This document shows, piece by piece, positions 28,411 through 41,942 of a stretch of DNA of 64,000 nucleotides. The first letter of the stretch is position 1, and every line of letters begins with the position of its first letter. The position numbers and the translations under genes were made by a program. Location of the stretch: positions 109,616,001 to 109,680,000 of the forward strand of contig OX597823.1 in NCBI GenBank assembly GCA_951406725.2, read 5' to 3'. Under the pieces are notes generated by a model, which worked only from the letters and a program-made list of their open reading frames with translations, was not told where the DNA came from and did no database searches. This DNA is from Octopus vulgaris. Its lineage: Eukaryota.

Positions 28411-28795
28411 TGCGTGGATGCTTGTGTTCTGGAGGCAAATTGTGTGGTTACTGTTTCGCTTGATGAATTTATTGATTGACATGTATGTGTTTATTTGATA
28501 ATATCTGTAGGATGAAAGGTTTCAGAAGCTTCTAGATGCTTGAGGCAATGAAGAAACGAAGGGCGACGTAGTGAGGATATGAACATAAGAGTAGAGGGGG
28601 GAGCAGATCAAAATTGATATAAAAGCCCAACAGGTTAATTTGATCTCAAGTTTCAGGAAGTTATTTTGCAGCATTTTTTTTCATTTGCTTTTTTTTTTGT
28701 CTCGTTGATATCATCGTGATTGTTGTGTCCGTTGTTTTAAATTATGATATTATTGGTGCCATATTGGGTATCTTCTTGTAGACACATGCATCCGT

Positions 28796-28929
<134 letters not shown>

Positions 28930-29555
28930 AACACACATGTGTGTGTGTATGTGCATGTGTTTGTGTATGCGTTTATGTGTATTTTATTGATTATTTTTTA
29001 AATGGCTGTTAAAGTGGCAGTAACAATAGAACTCTGTTCTAAATGCATTATTGCATTTAGTTACGATCAATATCGTAAAATATTTACTGGAATATAATTT
29101 CTATATGACTATTTACTATGCTTTGAACACATTTTATGATTTTTACAAAGTATATGATTTCCATACAATGTTAGATTAAATATAGATAGCATCACTGCTG
29201 TTATATACATACACCTTTGAGCACATACATACATACATATATACATACATACATACATATATACATACATATATACATACAAACATACATACATACATAC
29301 ATATATTCATGCGTACGTACGTATATAGATATACATGCATTTATATGTATCTGTGTGATAGGCAAGATTCCAAGGAAGGTGCCTGTTTACGGTCTCATGG
29401 CATGCTAGAAATAGGTGATGTATCTCTCTACCACTCGAACGCTCTCACCATCTGAAGCAAACAAAAGGGGACATATGCGGAAATAGTTGGGGTAAACATG
29501 CTTGGTTATGGCTGAAACGCCCTTAGTCATAGGTTTCTGCAGATTCTGTGTTACA

Positions 29556-29964
29556 CTCTTTACTCTTTTACTCTTTTACTTGTTTCAGTCATTTGACTGC
29601 GGTCATGCTGGAGCACCGCCTTTTAGTCGAGCAAATCGACCCCGAGACTTATTCTTTGTAAGCCCAGTACTTATTCTATCGGTCTCTTTTGCCGAACCGC
29701 TAAGTGACGGGGACGTAAACACACCAGCATCGGTTGTCAAGCAATGCTAGGGGGACAAACACAGACACACAAACACACACTCACATATATATATATACAT
29801 ATATACGACAGGCTTCTTTCAGTTTCCGTCTACCAAATCCACTCACAAGGCATTGGTCGGCCCTGGGCTATAGTAAAAGACACTTGCCCAAGGTGCCACG
29901 CAGTGGAACTGAACCCGGATCCATGTAGTTGGTTAGCAAGCTACTTACCACACAGCCACTACTG
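29556..29964 (-). mobile_element. Full-length tRNA/CORE-like SINE with internal (TA)/(TG) tract and (GTAAAAGA)n tail
   Basis: Reverse strand: gtggctgtgtggtaagtagcttgc..ggttcagttccactgcgtggcaccttgggcaagtgtc..gatttggtagacggaaactgaaagaagcc..ctgaaacaagtaaaagagtaaaagag. Confidence 0.9.
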
Positions 29965-30249
29965 TGAAGCATTAAGAGCATTAATAACCACGAGCCATTT
30001 TACTCTTCAGTTTACGCTCAGATCATATATTCTCTCAGTGGTCGTAGTATGTGTTCGAATATCTCTCTATTTAAGCGCACAAACTATTGAGAAGCAACTT
30101 TTTGCTTTCCGTAATAATGATTACATACATAGATTCTGAACAAACTCCAATTTTTGTATGAATAATAAATAAAATATCTTATCACTTTCTTTCTATGACA
30201 ATCGATGAAATGTATGTCATCCTGTAAGATATATCTTCCAAACATATGT

Positions 30250-30370
30250 GTCGACTTTGCTTTTCATCCTTCGTGGGTCGGTAAATTAAGTGCTAGTTAC
30301 GTACTGGTGTCGATCTAATCGACTGGCCCCCTCCCCCAATATCCTGGGTCTTGTGCCTAGAGCAAAAAAG
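30250..30370 (+). mobile_element. Nin/Deu-domain-type SINE 3' half
   Basis: gtcgactttgcttttcatccttcgtgggtcggtaaattaagtgctagttacgtactggtgtcgatctaatcgact. Confidence 0.75.
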
Positions 30371-30589
30371 AAAAGGATACTTGTCTGAATTGTACTTTGT
30401 TGCTACAAGTGATCATTGCTAGGATTTAGGAAAAGATGTAAGTTAATGGATGTGTAGAGAGAGTCAGAAAATGTAGCTACTGGTTGCAATGGTTACTTGG
30501 CAGCAAAGAGAGATTTACTCAGAGACTCCATGTAGAAAAGCGATTCGGAATGTCAGCGATTTCTGAACAGGGGAAATGCAATAGTGACC

Positions 30590-30800
30590 TCTTCTTTTCT
30601 TCTTTTATTTTTTTACTTGTTTCAGTCATTTGACTGCGGCCAAGCTGGAGCACCGCCTTCAGTCGAGCAAATCGACCCCAGGACTTATTCTTTGTAAGCC
30701 TCGTACCTATTCTATCGGTCTCTTCTGCCGAACTACTAAGTTACGGGGACGTAAACACACCAGCATCGGCTGTCAAGCAATGTTGGGGGTTCAAACACAG

Positions 30801-30857
<57 letters not shown>

Positions 30858-31049
30858 TTTATATATATATACATATACATATATACGATAGGCTTCTTTC
30901 AGTTTCCGTCTACCAAATCCACCCACAAGGCTTTGGTCGGCCCGAGGCTATAGTAGAAGACACTTGCCCAAGGTGCCACGCAGTGGGTCTGAACCCGGAA
31001 CCATGTGATTAGTAAGCAAGCTACTTACCACACAGCCACTCCTGCGCCT
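30590..31049 (-). mobile_element. Full-length tRNA/CORE-like SINE
   Basis: Collinear with and highly similar to 29556-29964; head aggcgcaggagtggctgtgtggtaag. Confidence 0.9.
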
Positions 31050-32991
31050 ATATTCTCAAGAACATTCCTATCCTAAGCTTTACGTGTTTTCTCGTCTTGC
31101 ATGAAACACACACACATATTAAATGATATACACTTAATTACTGACCCCCGCGAACGAATGTAATCTGGTTTCAATGTTCTTGGCAGTTCGGTCAGAATCG
31201 ATCAGAGGCTAAGCAACGATAATCTTAGAGGGATAGAATTTTTCATGACAATATAGTTTGACGGGAAAATGTTTCTGCAACTTTAAATAAAAGGGACGGG
31301 AAATGATCAAGTTTAACTAAATCACATGATTTTCACACACATACGTAGTTTTGTGTGTATTCTATATTTGAAATACATTGTCTTGCAGAAACTCGATGTA
31401 ACTAGTTTTCCGAGCCGTCGATTTGGCATTATGAAATATCATTGTCCTTAAAGACACAAGCTGGGTTTGGAATCAAATATCCGACAATGTTTTCCTCCCC
31501 CTGCCTTTTTACTGCATACACTGAGCCTCAGCTTCTTAAACTCAGGATCGGCTGCATTAAATATAAAAGTACGAGAAAAATCTCGCAAATATTATGGGTA
31601 ATACCTCTTGTGGAACAGACGAGATCAAGTTATAAATTAGGTTCCAAATTACCATGCAAGGAAGCTGACAAATCAATTAGTTTGCTGGTCAAATCTCAGG
31701 CCAAATTATTGATTATTCGATTAGTTGATTGGTTAATTAGCTAACTAGTTCACACAAAAAAATGATAACAAGAGAAGCTTCTTGGGTCGGTCATTTTTAT
31801 TTGCAAAATTATCCTCTCAATTGCAAATATATGTTTCAAAACTTGATTTCACATCCACACTTGGAAAGCAAATACAAAAGCAGAATACTAGAATGGATAT
31901 TTGTCTAAAAAAAAGTCGGATGACTTTATATAAACGAGAAATCGAACAAACAACATCCCGCATCGTGGTAACACACCTTCGCCACCGTTTCATTATTCAC
32001 TACAACAACACTACACAATACCACACCACTATTCAATACGCACCAAGGGGCAAAAGAAAGCTGAATACGATACAATAGAAGAACATTGTTTAATCAAATA
32101 AATATCTAAATAACATGTATCGTGGCCCCAAAAGTAAAATCATTGTTTTATTAGAATCCCGAAAATGGTTTTGATGTCGCCATTTTAAAAGTCATTATTC
32201 ATTATTATACTTTTTAACTTCATTATTATCATTATCATTGCTGTTGTTATTGTTCTTGTTGTTAATATAGTCGTTAAAATTGCTCTTCTTCATCTTCTAC
32301 CATTTTTTTTATTCTCCTTGTTTCACAACACGATGTAACACCCCACGCCCAAATATTTGTGTCTCTCCTTTCCGTCTTTCCAAGTCCTTTCCATCGGTGA
32401 CCTTGTGGCAAAGAAAAATCACATTTATTAATTGTTTTCCTTTTTGTCACTGCTCTTTTTGTTTTCACTTATTGTTATTGCTGTTGTTGTTGCTATTGTT
32501 GCTTTTTGTTGTTTGTTGGTCGTCTTTAGGACACGCAGGGATGAGTTAAAATCTAATGAACTTCTAGAAACTATCACTTTATACAGAATTAGGTTATCTG
32601 CCTGTCCTTTGTTTTTATATTATATTATATATAGCCTTCATGTCAGCGGCTTTTTTTAAAGATTATTGCCATTAGTATTTTGTTGTTGTTGATGTAGGTG
32701 CTGTTATTGTTGTTCTTATTGTTGTTATTGTTGACGTTGTTGTTGTTGGTGGTGTTGTTGTAAATGGTTTCATTATTTTCAGTTTACTCATTTTTGTCTC
32801 ACACGGTTAATTTTTTTTATATTTTCGCTTTTCATTCTTTTTCACCTTTCTCATTTGTTTTTAGGTTCATTTTGATCTTACACGCACTATTATATATGTT
32901 TATATATTGTATATCTCTGTGTGTGTGTATGTGTGTATGTTGTATATATATATATATATATATAGATCGATATATATAGATATATACATGT

Positions 32992-33056
<65 letters not shown>

Positions 33057-33569
33057 ACATATATATATTTATATATATAGAGACATGGTTTTTGTGTGTA
33101 TATATGCGTTTATATTTTAGTACACACGCAGATTCACGCATACACAAAAACACTTATATACGCATATACACATATACACCTATGTTTTCTTCTTATTTTT
33201 CATTTTGTTTAATTTCCTGTTGAGAGATGGCTGTGATATTTAGCAAAGCATGAGGCGAGATAAATTGTATGAGTCACCCACCTATATCTAAGAGCCACTA
33301 GAATTAAGCTTACAAATTGAAAGATTCTAATGTCTACTTAAAAGAATAAAAGAACAAATAAATAAAAATTTGAAGAAGCATACAAGAAATACAAAAACAA
33401 AAACAAGGCCACACAATATAATTAAATAAAATACTCACAAAACGTAAAAAAAAGTAAGAAAAGAGAACAAAACATCGGATCAAATAAGAAAGACTCAACG
33501 AAGAGATTTAATACTTCATTCTGTTTGTTGCATGCCAACACCCCTCGAATTTTTATTGTTGGTTTTACT

Positions 33570-33598
33570 ATTGTCGTTGTTGTTGTTGTTGTTGTTGT

Positions 33599-33659
<61 letters not shown>

Positions 33660-34499
33660 TCTGTGCATATTTCTTGCGCCCTCCCCCACCTTGAGTTATT
33701 ATTGATGTTATTCTGCTACCAATTCTGTTTCAAATTCTTCTACATCTTCAATCATCATCGTCGTCGTCGTCATCGTCGTCGTCGTCATCATCATCATCAT
33801 CATCCTCACCACCACCACCACCACCACCACCACCATCATCATCACCAACATCATCATTATCATCATCATCATTATCATCATCACCATCATCATCTTCATC
33901 ATCTTCATCATCATCATCTTCATCATCATCATCATCATCTTCATCATCACCACCACCACCACCACCACCACAACCACCACAACCACCACCACCATCATCA
34001 TCATCATCTTAATCTTCAACTTTTTTTTTTCTTTCTCCTTTCTTCATTTTATTATTTTTATCATTATAGAACAATAATTTTATTTAGCCTTATTGTTGTT
34101 GATCTTGTTATGCCGTTATTGTTATGATGCTATTGATATTGTAATTGTTATTGTTCTAAGTGTTATTATTATTGTCGATGTGGTTGTTATTGTTACGCTA
34201 GTGTTGTTATTGTGAACGTATTCATGTAATTATTATTGCTATCAGAGTTGTAGTCGTTGTTGCTCGATTCGCTAGCATTATTTTGTAAGATGCCGTTGGT
34301 ATTGTACAACCGTCTTCGTTCTGTTATGATTTTGATATTATGGCATTATGTAACGATGAAATTACATTTGTCAATAAAAATAATAGCACAAACACTACCA
34401 CCACCACCACCACCAAACAACAACAACAACAACAACAGCAATGATAAAAATAATAATAATAATAATATTAATAATAATAATAATCATAATAATAATAAT

Positions 34500-34583
<84 letters not shown>

Positions 34584-34585
34584 TA
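33570..34585. repeat. (GTT)(CTA), (CAT/CAC) and (TAA) triplet arrays
   Basis: Direct reading. Confidence 0.9.
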
Positions 34586-35149
34586 TGAATATGAATAAAC
34601 TCTTCATTATTATTGCCACGAGGTCCTATTCATTCATACAATAGAAACTCGTACAATGATGTTAAAAATGTGGAGAAAAAATGAATTATTATCAGATAAG
34701 AACAGAAGCAAGATCACATACGTAGCTGAATTATTGTTGTTCTTATTACTACTGGCGTTAAAAGTTTGAAGTTGCACAAAGGGATTATAAAGTATGTAGA
34801 TGATTATATAAAGTTGCATAAATAACATAGGTAAATTGTGTCCACACAAGCCAATCACTGGCCTGAATTTCAACAATATAGTTTCATTAGAATGCCGCTT
34901 TAAATCCAGCCAATTACATACATACACACACATTCGTTTTATTTCGGTGGTTTTACCTTGTCTTTATAGTTTTCTTGTATTTTAAAAATTTAATTAAATT
35001 GAATTTTAATTCCAATTTTATTCATTTATATATTTTATTTATTTTTATTTTTTTTATTTTAATTAATAATTTATTCGATTATTTTAATGTATAATACTGG
35101 ACATAATTTATAGACGTTAATTTTCTTTCTACATTGTTCAAGGACTTTG

Positions 35150-36140
35150 GATTATACGATATATTGTTCCACTAGTTCTTATTTGTATCATCTTTGATTT
35201 TGTATCATGTGTGTGATGTGATATAAATTAATAAACAATGTATCTAGTAGTCTGTCTTTGTTGTATGGCCTGTCTGTTTGTAGTTCTTCGTTTGCGGTTC
35301 CTTGGGTTGATGTGTTCACGTCGAATATCAGAGATTGACTAGTCTTTTCCCTTAATATGTTCGATTCGCTTATTCCTTCGTACTGAAATTTTCGGGACCA
35401 CAATGTCCTTTGTTGTATAGGTACTGTTTTGTAACTATGCGTTAATACTAATTCTTTATTTTGGTGCTGTTACTCGTAATATCAAGCAGGTGTTCACGTA
35501 ATGAACATTCTATGCTAATGTTTTGCTCCTGCTGACTACTATTGATTCCCAGGGCACATCTATGTTCTTAACGTTGTTCAAACCACCAAACTGAATGGTC
35601 ATCATCATCATTGTTCGACCGTGGTCGAGACTTTCATAGTCTTTTCAAATGGCTAATAATGTGTGCGCGCGCCACTACTACACACATTGGAAAGCATTGT
35701 ACAACCAAGTACTAAAGAAGATCTTTCCTCCTCCATGAAACAAAGCTGTTCCCGCTGGACGTCAACCCAGTATTTCTAAGCTACGGACCCAGTGATTTAT
35801 TGTAAGGTTATCTCCCTAGATAGATTGCCTTCACTACGGCTAAGGAGCCCTTTCTACCCCATGAATGGTACTGAATGGTACTGCTCAAATGTCGAAAACA
35901 TAGTTATATCAGTTTCACAGCTGATGATGGGAATGCATTTTAGTTATACTTCTTTATGTCGTAGTCTCGTTATTCTCAGTTGTCATTCATTCTAGTTAAG
36001 TGGAAAGTGTTTGTTGAGAACACTTACACTGATATTGGTTGGTTTTCTTCATAGATAATCTTATCAGGCTTAAGCAACGCTTCTATATGGGTGTCTAATT
36101 TGGAAGGTTCTGCGTAGTCTGTGTGCGTACCTTAAAATTC
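35150..36140 (-). pseudogene. Possible highly decayed Penelope-like ORF (RT C-terminus and GIY-YIG), interrupted at ~35598-35870 by another repeat with a (GAT)n tail
   Basis: Reverse strand across frameshifts gives KGTHTDY (cf. KPTHT) and KDIVVPKISV...HIKGKTSQSL...REH (cf. VVYKISC...YIGKTxRxL...EH). Weak, by eye. Confidence 0.35.
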
Positions 36141-36957
36141 ATGTTGAGGAATACGTTTTTATAACTATGCGTTCGTCATTATAGTGATGATAGGGTGTAT
36201 CGATTTAATGACGATGACGAAGATCATCTACTCATGCATCATAGACGACACCATGCAGTTCAGAATTGAAGTCATCGCTGACAAGATTGTCAAAGGTAAC
36301 ATCACCAGCAATATGAATGTCATTTGATTTCAGCCGACGCTGTTACCTTTGCACGGAGGGCCAACTGCACCATCTCCAGCAGAAGCAGTATAAGAACCAC
36401 CACCGCCACCACCACCAACACCACCACCACCACCACCACCACCCACCACCATCACCATCGCCACTATCAACACCAGTATAATCTCTATCATTATTTTATT
36501 GTCGTTGTCTTTGTTAAAAGGAAGACATGTTAACAAAAAATATTACATTTCAAAAACCAGTAGTGCATAGCTTGTGCTCACGAGCTAACCTCACAAACAC
36601 ACACATACAAACGCGCGTGTGTGTGTATATGCGTGTATGTGTGTTTGCGTGTGTGCGTGTATGTGTGTATGTGTGCATGTGCGCGCGCGTATGTTTTTGG
36701 CTATAGTGCAAACAAATATGCGAGTGAAGTTTTGCTGAGAAAGATTTGCAAACCAAAATATTACGAAATTATATTGAATGAAATTGCATGATTGCAAGTG
36801 GATATAAGTACACACACACGCATACACACACACACAAGTACATATATGTATATGTGTGTGTGCTTGCGTGTAATTGTATATATATATATATATATATATG
36901 CGTATATAAATGTGCATATATATATATATACTTATACATTCCTCATTCTCTCTCTCA

Positions 36958-37002
<45 letters not shown>

Positions 37003-37380
37003 CAGAGAAAGTGGGGAGTAAGATGTTCACTTAGAGTTTATTAAATGCCTGTCAAAATGCATGCGTTTGCATATTAAAATGCATGTGTATACGATAAAAT
37101 TACCTAAAGCTTAACAAAAAGAAGATAAATATTTTTTCAATGTAATCGAAAAGAACTGAAAAAAGAACAATGAAAATGAAATACAATTTAAAAGAAGGTA
37201 ATAAAAGATTGCAGAATACTGAATATTCATAATATAAAATAAAATAATGTGTGCGTATATCACGCTGTATTCCCGTGTGTTGGTTTGTTGCAGATAGAGT
37301 GTGGGGAATCTTACAAACACACACACACACACACACAGATATTCACACACTATGCTATGTAGATATAGAGGCACACACAC

Positions 37381-37465
<85 letters not shown>

Positions 37466-37654
37466 GTATATGTAATGTATGTATAATGTATATGTGTATA
37501 TATGTATGTATCTCTCTCAAGTGGAATGTAACTCACAGAATTCTATTTCGGCTACATTTGATATGTTTGGAATTCTATATGATCACACACATATACACAA
37601 ATTTACATACACAGACCCAATAACAACAACAATATTTATACATGTATAAATATA

Positions 37655-37725
<71 letters not shown>

Positions 37726-38250
37726 GTGTGTCTATGTGTATTATGCAGCTTCCTACATGTATAACATGCTGGCCTACATGGTAGTTTTCAATAAAAACGA
37801 ACAAAGTATATTAATTAATAGGATCTCTCGAAAAACGAATAAACAAATTTATAATAAATTATAAATACAAAGAGAAATAATGAATAATAAAAGAAAAAAA
37901 TCATGAATACAGAAGAAAATCTGACAAAATGAGACAAAAATGTATGGAAATATTTTGGATATATCGGGGCCTTATTAAATATACACTTGCTCTTCAAAGG
38001 GTTCACTGTAAACTTATTTAAGGCTCTGCCCTGACTGACTGTTTGTTAATGAAAAATAATGTGGTAGAGAGTGATAGACAGAAAGCGCGTGGGAGATACG
38101 TATATATAGAGATGAGTTGGAGGGATTTTAAAGGTGGAAGAGAAATGGGGATGATAAGAATTGGGATCAGAAGATAGAATGCCTGCAGACCGAGAGGAAG
38201 AAAGAGACAGATATTAGTTGTAAGCGAGGGAGAGATGATACAGTTATATA

Positions 38251-38377
<127 letters not shown>

Positions 38378-38619
38378 GGAGAGAGAGAGAGACAGACAGA
38401 CAGACAGAAAGAGGGAGAATGACGTTGATTGCGACCGTGAAACACATATAGAGACAAGGCAAGTGAATGAGAGTGAGAGGAAGAAACGAAAGTATAAGGT
38501 TTGAGTGAATTCTTGAGATTGAAGTAAACAGTTACCTTTATGTTAAACAGGAATGGTTGATAAATGGCAGGATTGATCAACGGATTTATGTATATACAAG
38601 TATGTATATATATATATAT

Positions 38620-38936
<317 letters not shown>

Positions 38937-40300
38937 ATGGCGGTGCCCCAGTATAGCCACAGCTCGTGAGCTGAAACTAGATAAAATAAAATAAAATAAA
39001 TAAATATATAGATAGATGGATAGATAGAAAGATAGATAGATAAAGAGACCGAAAGCTAAAAAGACAGGGTTAATAGATATAAAGATGATAGAGAGAGTAA
39101 GGAATAGGAGTGAATGCGTATGTTAGAATGTGGAATAAAGAAAACCATGGAGAGAGAGAGAGAGGGGGGGGAGAGGAGCTGAGTGAGTGAGAAAGAGAGA
39201 GTGGGGAGACAAGTTTAGGTTTGCGAGAGCAAGAGATGACGATAGAGAAAGGTGCTGGAAGTGAGTGAGAGCCAAAATGAGAATGATGAAAAATGTGAAT
39301 GAGAAAAAGTAAGAGAGAGTGATACAATTTGTTATAACTGCATCTTGTCTTTACATTCTTGTTAGGTCCCATAGAGAAAGAGAATGTTTGCCCGAGGCAG
39401 ACATCTAGAAATATAGGGATGGCTTTTAAGTTTTTCTCATTATTTTTTTGCTGCAATTGTTTTATTTTTCCTAAATTATTTCATTTATTTTTTAATAAAT
39501 TTTATGACTGTCTTTTCTTTTATTTGTTGAATTTAAGTTTCCGTTTTTCTTTTTCTAGATTTTTTTTTTCATTTCTGTTTTCATTTAACACATGAAAGAC
39601 ACTAAAAGAACGTTATCGTTCGCATGGATTGGCTAGCCAAAGCTGAAAGCCAGACGAGATCATTATTAGACCTTTATTCACAATCATGGATACATAGGCT
39701 AGGCTGACATACAGAAAGGCGGTACAAGACATGGAAAAACAAAGCGAAAGCCATGTAGAAGCAGTCCTTTAACAAAAGTCATCTCAGGGCGATAAATCTT
39801 TATCTTTTTTTATAGTAGAAGAGAGGGCGGCTTTTATAAACTACATAAACCCTCTTAGAGGTATTAGGTTGATGCGGTCGATGCTAAAATTGAATTACTG
39901 TAGACTGGAGCGTGCAGGGGAAAAATTGACATGGCTGTAAATAAATTGGGCGAAGTGATCAGTGGGGATTTCGTGGATGACACAGAGTTAAAATAACACG
40001 AGTAAAGCAGGTGGGTAGATCGTGTATTACACAAACGGTGAGAACAATGAAGCAAGAACCACTTTAATACATGAGAGAGAGACACGGAATGTTAGTTCGT
40101 AGAAAAAGTAGAATTGAGAGAATTTGTTGTCGTGGTAGTGATAAATGTCTATAAAACATTTTGTGCAAATCAGCTGGATTGCTGATTTTACTTGCTTCTT
40201 GATGGTTTTCTTTAAAATATAAAGAGGATATCATACGATAGATATCTCACGTTACTTACTAAGACTAAATACGCCATCTCCAAGACAATTAGGTATGGCC

Positions 40301-40611
40301 TTTTTTTGTTTGTTTGTTCCTTCCCGAGCCATACCTGGCTCATAAGGGCCGGTTTTCCAGTTTCCTTGGCATATAGGTTCCCCACCTGCACGGGACGCCG
40401 GTCCGTCGCAGGTGAGCTGCAAGATGCAGGAGGAAAGAGTGAGAGAAAGTTGTGGCGAAAGAGTCAACAAAAGTTCACCATTACCTTCTGCCGGAGCCGC
40501 CTGGAGTTAAGGTGCTTCGCTCATGAACACACACATAGCTCGGTCTGACATTCGAACCGGCGATCGCTCGACCGCGAGTCCGCTGCTCTAACCACTAGGC
40601 CATGTGCCTCC
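40301..40611 (-). mobile_element. Full-length V-domain-like tRNA SINE (same family as 79-384)
   Basis: Reverse complement collinear with 79-384 over its length: ggaggcacatggcctagtggttagagcagcggactcgcggtcgag...gaaggaacaaacaaac. Confidence 0.88.
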
Positions 40612-40748
40612 ACATATTACGTATAGTTGTTCATCGGTATGGTAAAAATACTATTATACTAGTGACGTAAGTTTTGCGAGACTTCTAGATGGATGTCCAT
40701 AGTTTGCTAAAGGGAACATTCTCTTAGGATGCTTGGATTTTCATCACA

Positions 40749-40930
40749 AACTACGTTAATTAACTCATCCTGAAGTTTGGTTCTCTTCTGCTCAAAGAAA
40801 CTCAGCTATGTTGATCCTAGTTGGTGTCTAGATGTTTGGCAAAAAGAGGGAAAAAAGCCACTATTACCATCTACTTTTAAGAGTCATCGGCAAACCTCCA
40901 ACGAAGTCTCTCACCTCTAAAAATTGCAGC
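40749..40930 (+). pseudogene. 5S rRNA-derived relic (possible SINE3-type head)
   Basis: 40779-40840 aligns without gaps to my recalled metazoan 5S internal control region (ggttctcgtccgatcaccgaagttaagc...ggttagtacttggatgggtgac) at about two-thirds identity, with many CpG-type changes. Confidence 0.5.
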
Positions 40931-41321
40931 CAAATATCTCTCAGATCACTTCTTACTATTTTAAAAAGGTAACATTTTAAAGGCAAATGACTTGACAATG
41001 TTTCGTCTACACTGAGGAAGAAAACTAAATGCTTAAAACTGAAAGGAGACTGAAGCATAACAAAGGAAATTGAAGCATACCAAATTACCACTTCGAGGGT
41101 TTTTTTCTTGCTCATAATTGTTGTGTTGCTGATCTTAAAAAGATTTTGAAAACAGAATATGTAATCCGAAAGAATGCTTTGAATATTAGAGCGAACACTG
41201 GTTGTTTGACAAGAGAGGAGGAAGGATAAAATAGTATTGGTGACACTTGTCTAGTAGGTGCAACGGTAAATTATGCAGAGCAGCAGAAAAGGCATTAGAA
41301 AATAAAAATGCGTGCGGGTGC

Positions 41322-41404
41322 ACATACATACATACATACATACATACATACATACATACATACATACATACATACATACGTACGTACGTACATATATACA
41401 TACA

Positions 41405-41438
<34 letters not shown>

Positions 41439-41492
41439 CATACATACATACATTCATACATACATACATACATACATACGTACATACATATA

Positions 41493-41526
<34 letters not shown>

Positions 41527-41690
41527 CATACATACGTACGTACATACATATATACATACATACATACATACATACATACATACATACATACATACATACA
41601 TACATACATACATACATACATACATACATACATACGTACGTTCGTACGTACGTACGTACGTACATACATACATGCATACATACATATATA
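41322..41690. repeat. (TACA)n/(TACG)n array
   Basis: Direct reading. Confidence 0.96.
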
Positions 41691-41876
41691 AAAGATGCCC
41701 ACAAATTACCATCACAGATTTTTTAATTCTCAACAAACTATAAGAATAACTCAGCAGGTTGCGTGCAACCAGTGGAGCCCTCTAGGATTTATTCTGCGGC
41801 TTCTAATAAAACTTTGTTACCCTAAGTTTTCCTATAAACTTTGTTCTCTGTCTCTGTCTCTGTGTCTGCCAGTCTA

Positions 41877-41942
<66 letters not shown>

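Noticed and set aside
39800-40090. Possible CR1-like LINE 3' relic (minus strand), and a possible RT relic at 51150-51430
   Set aside because: Similarity too degraded to support by eye.
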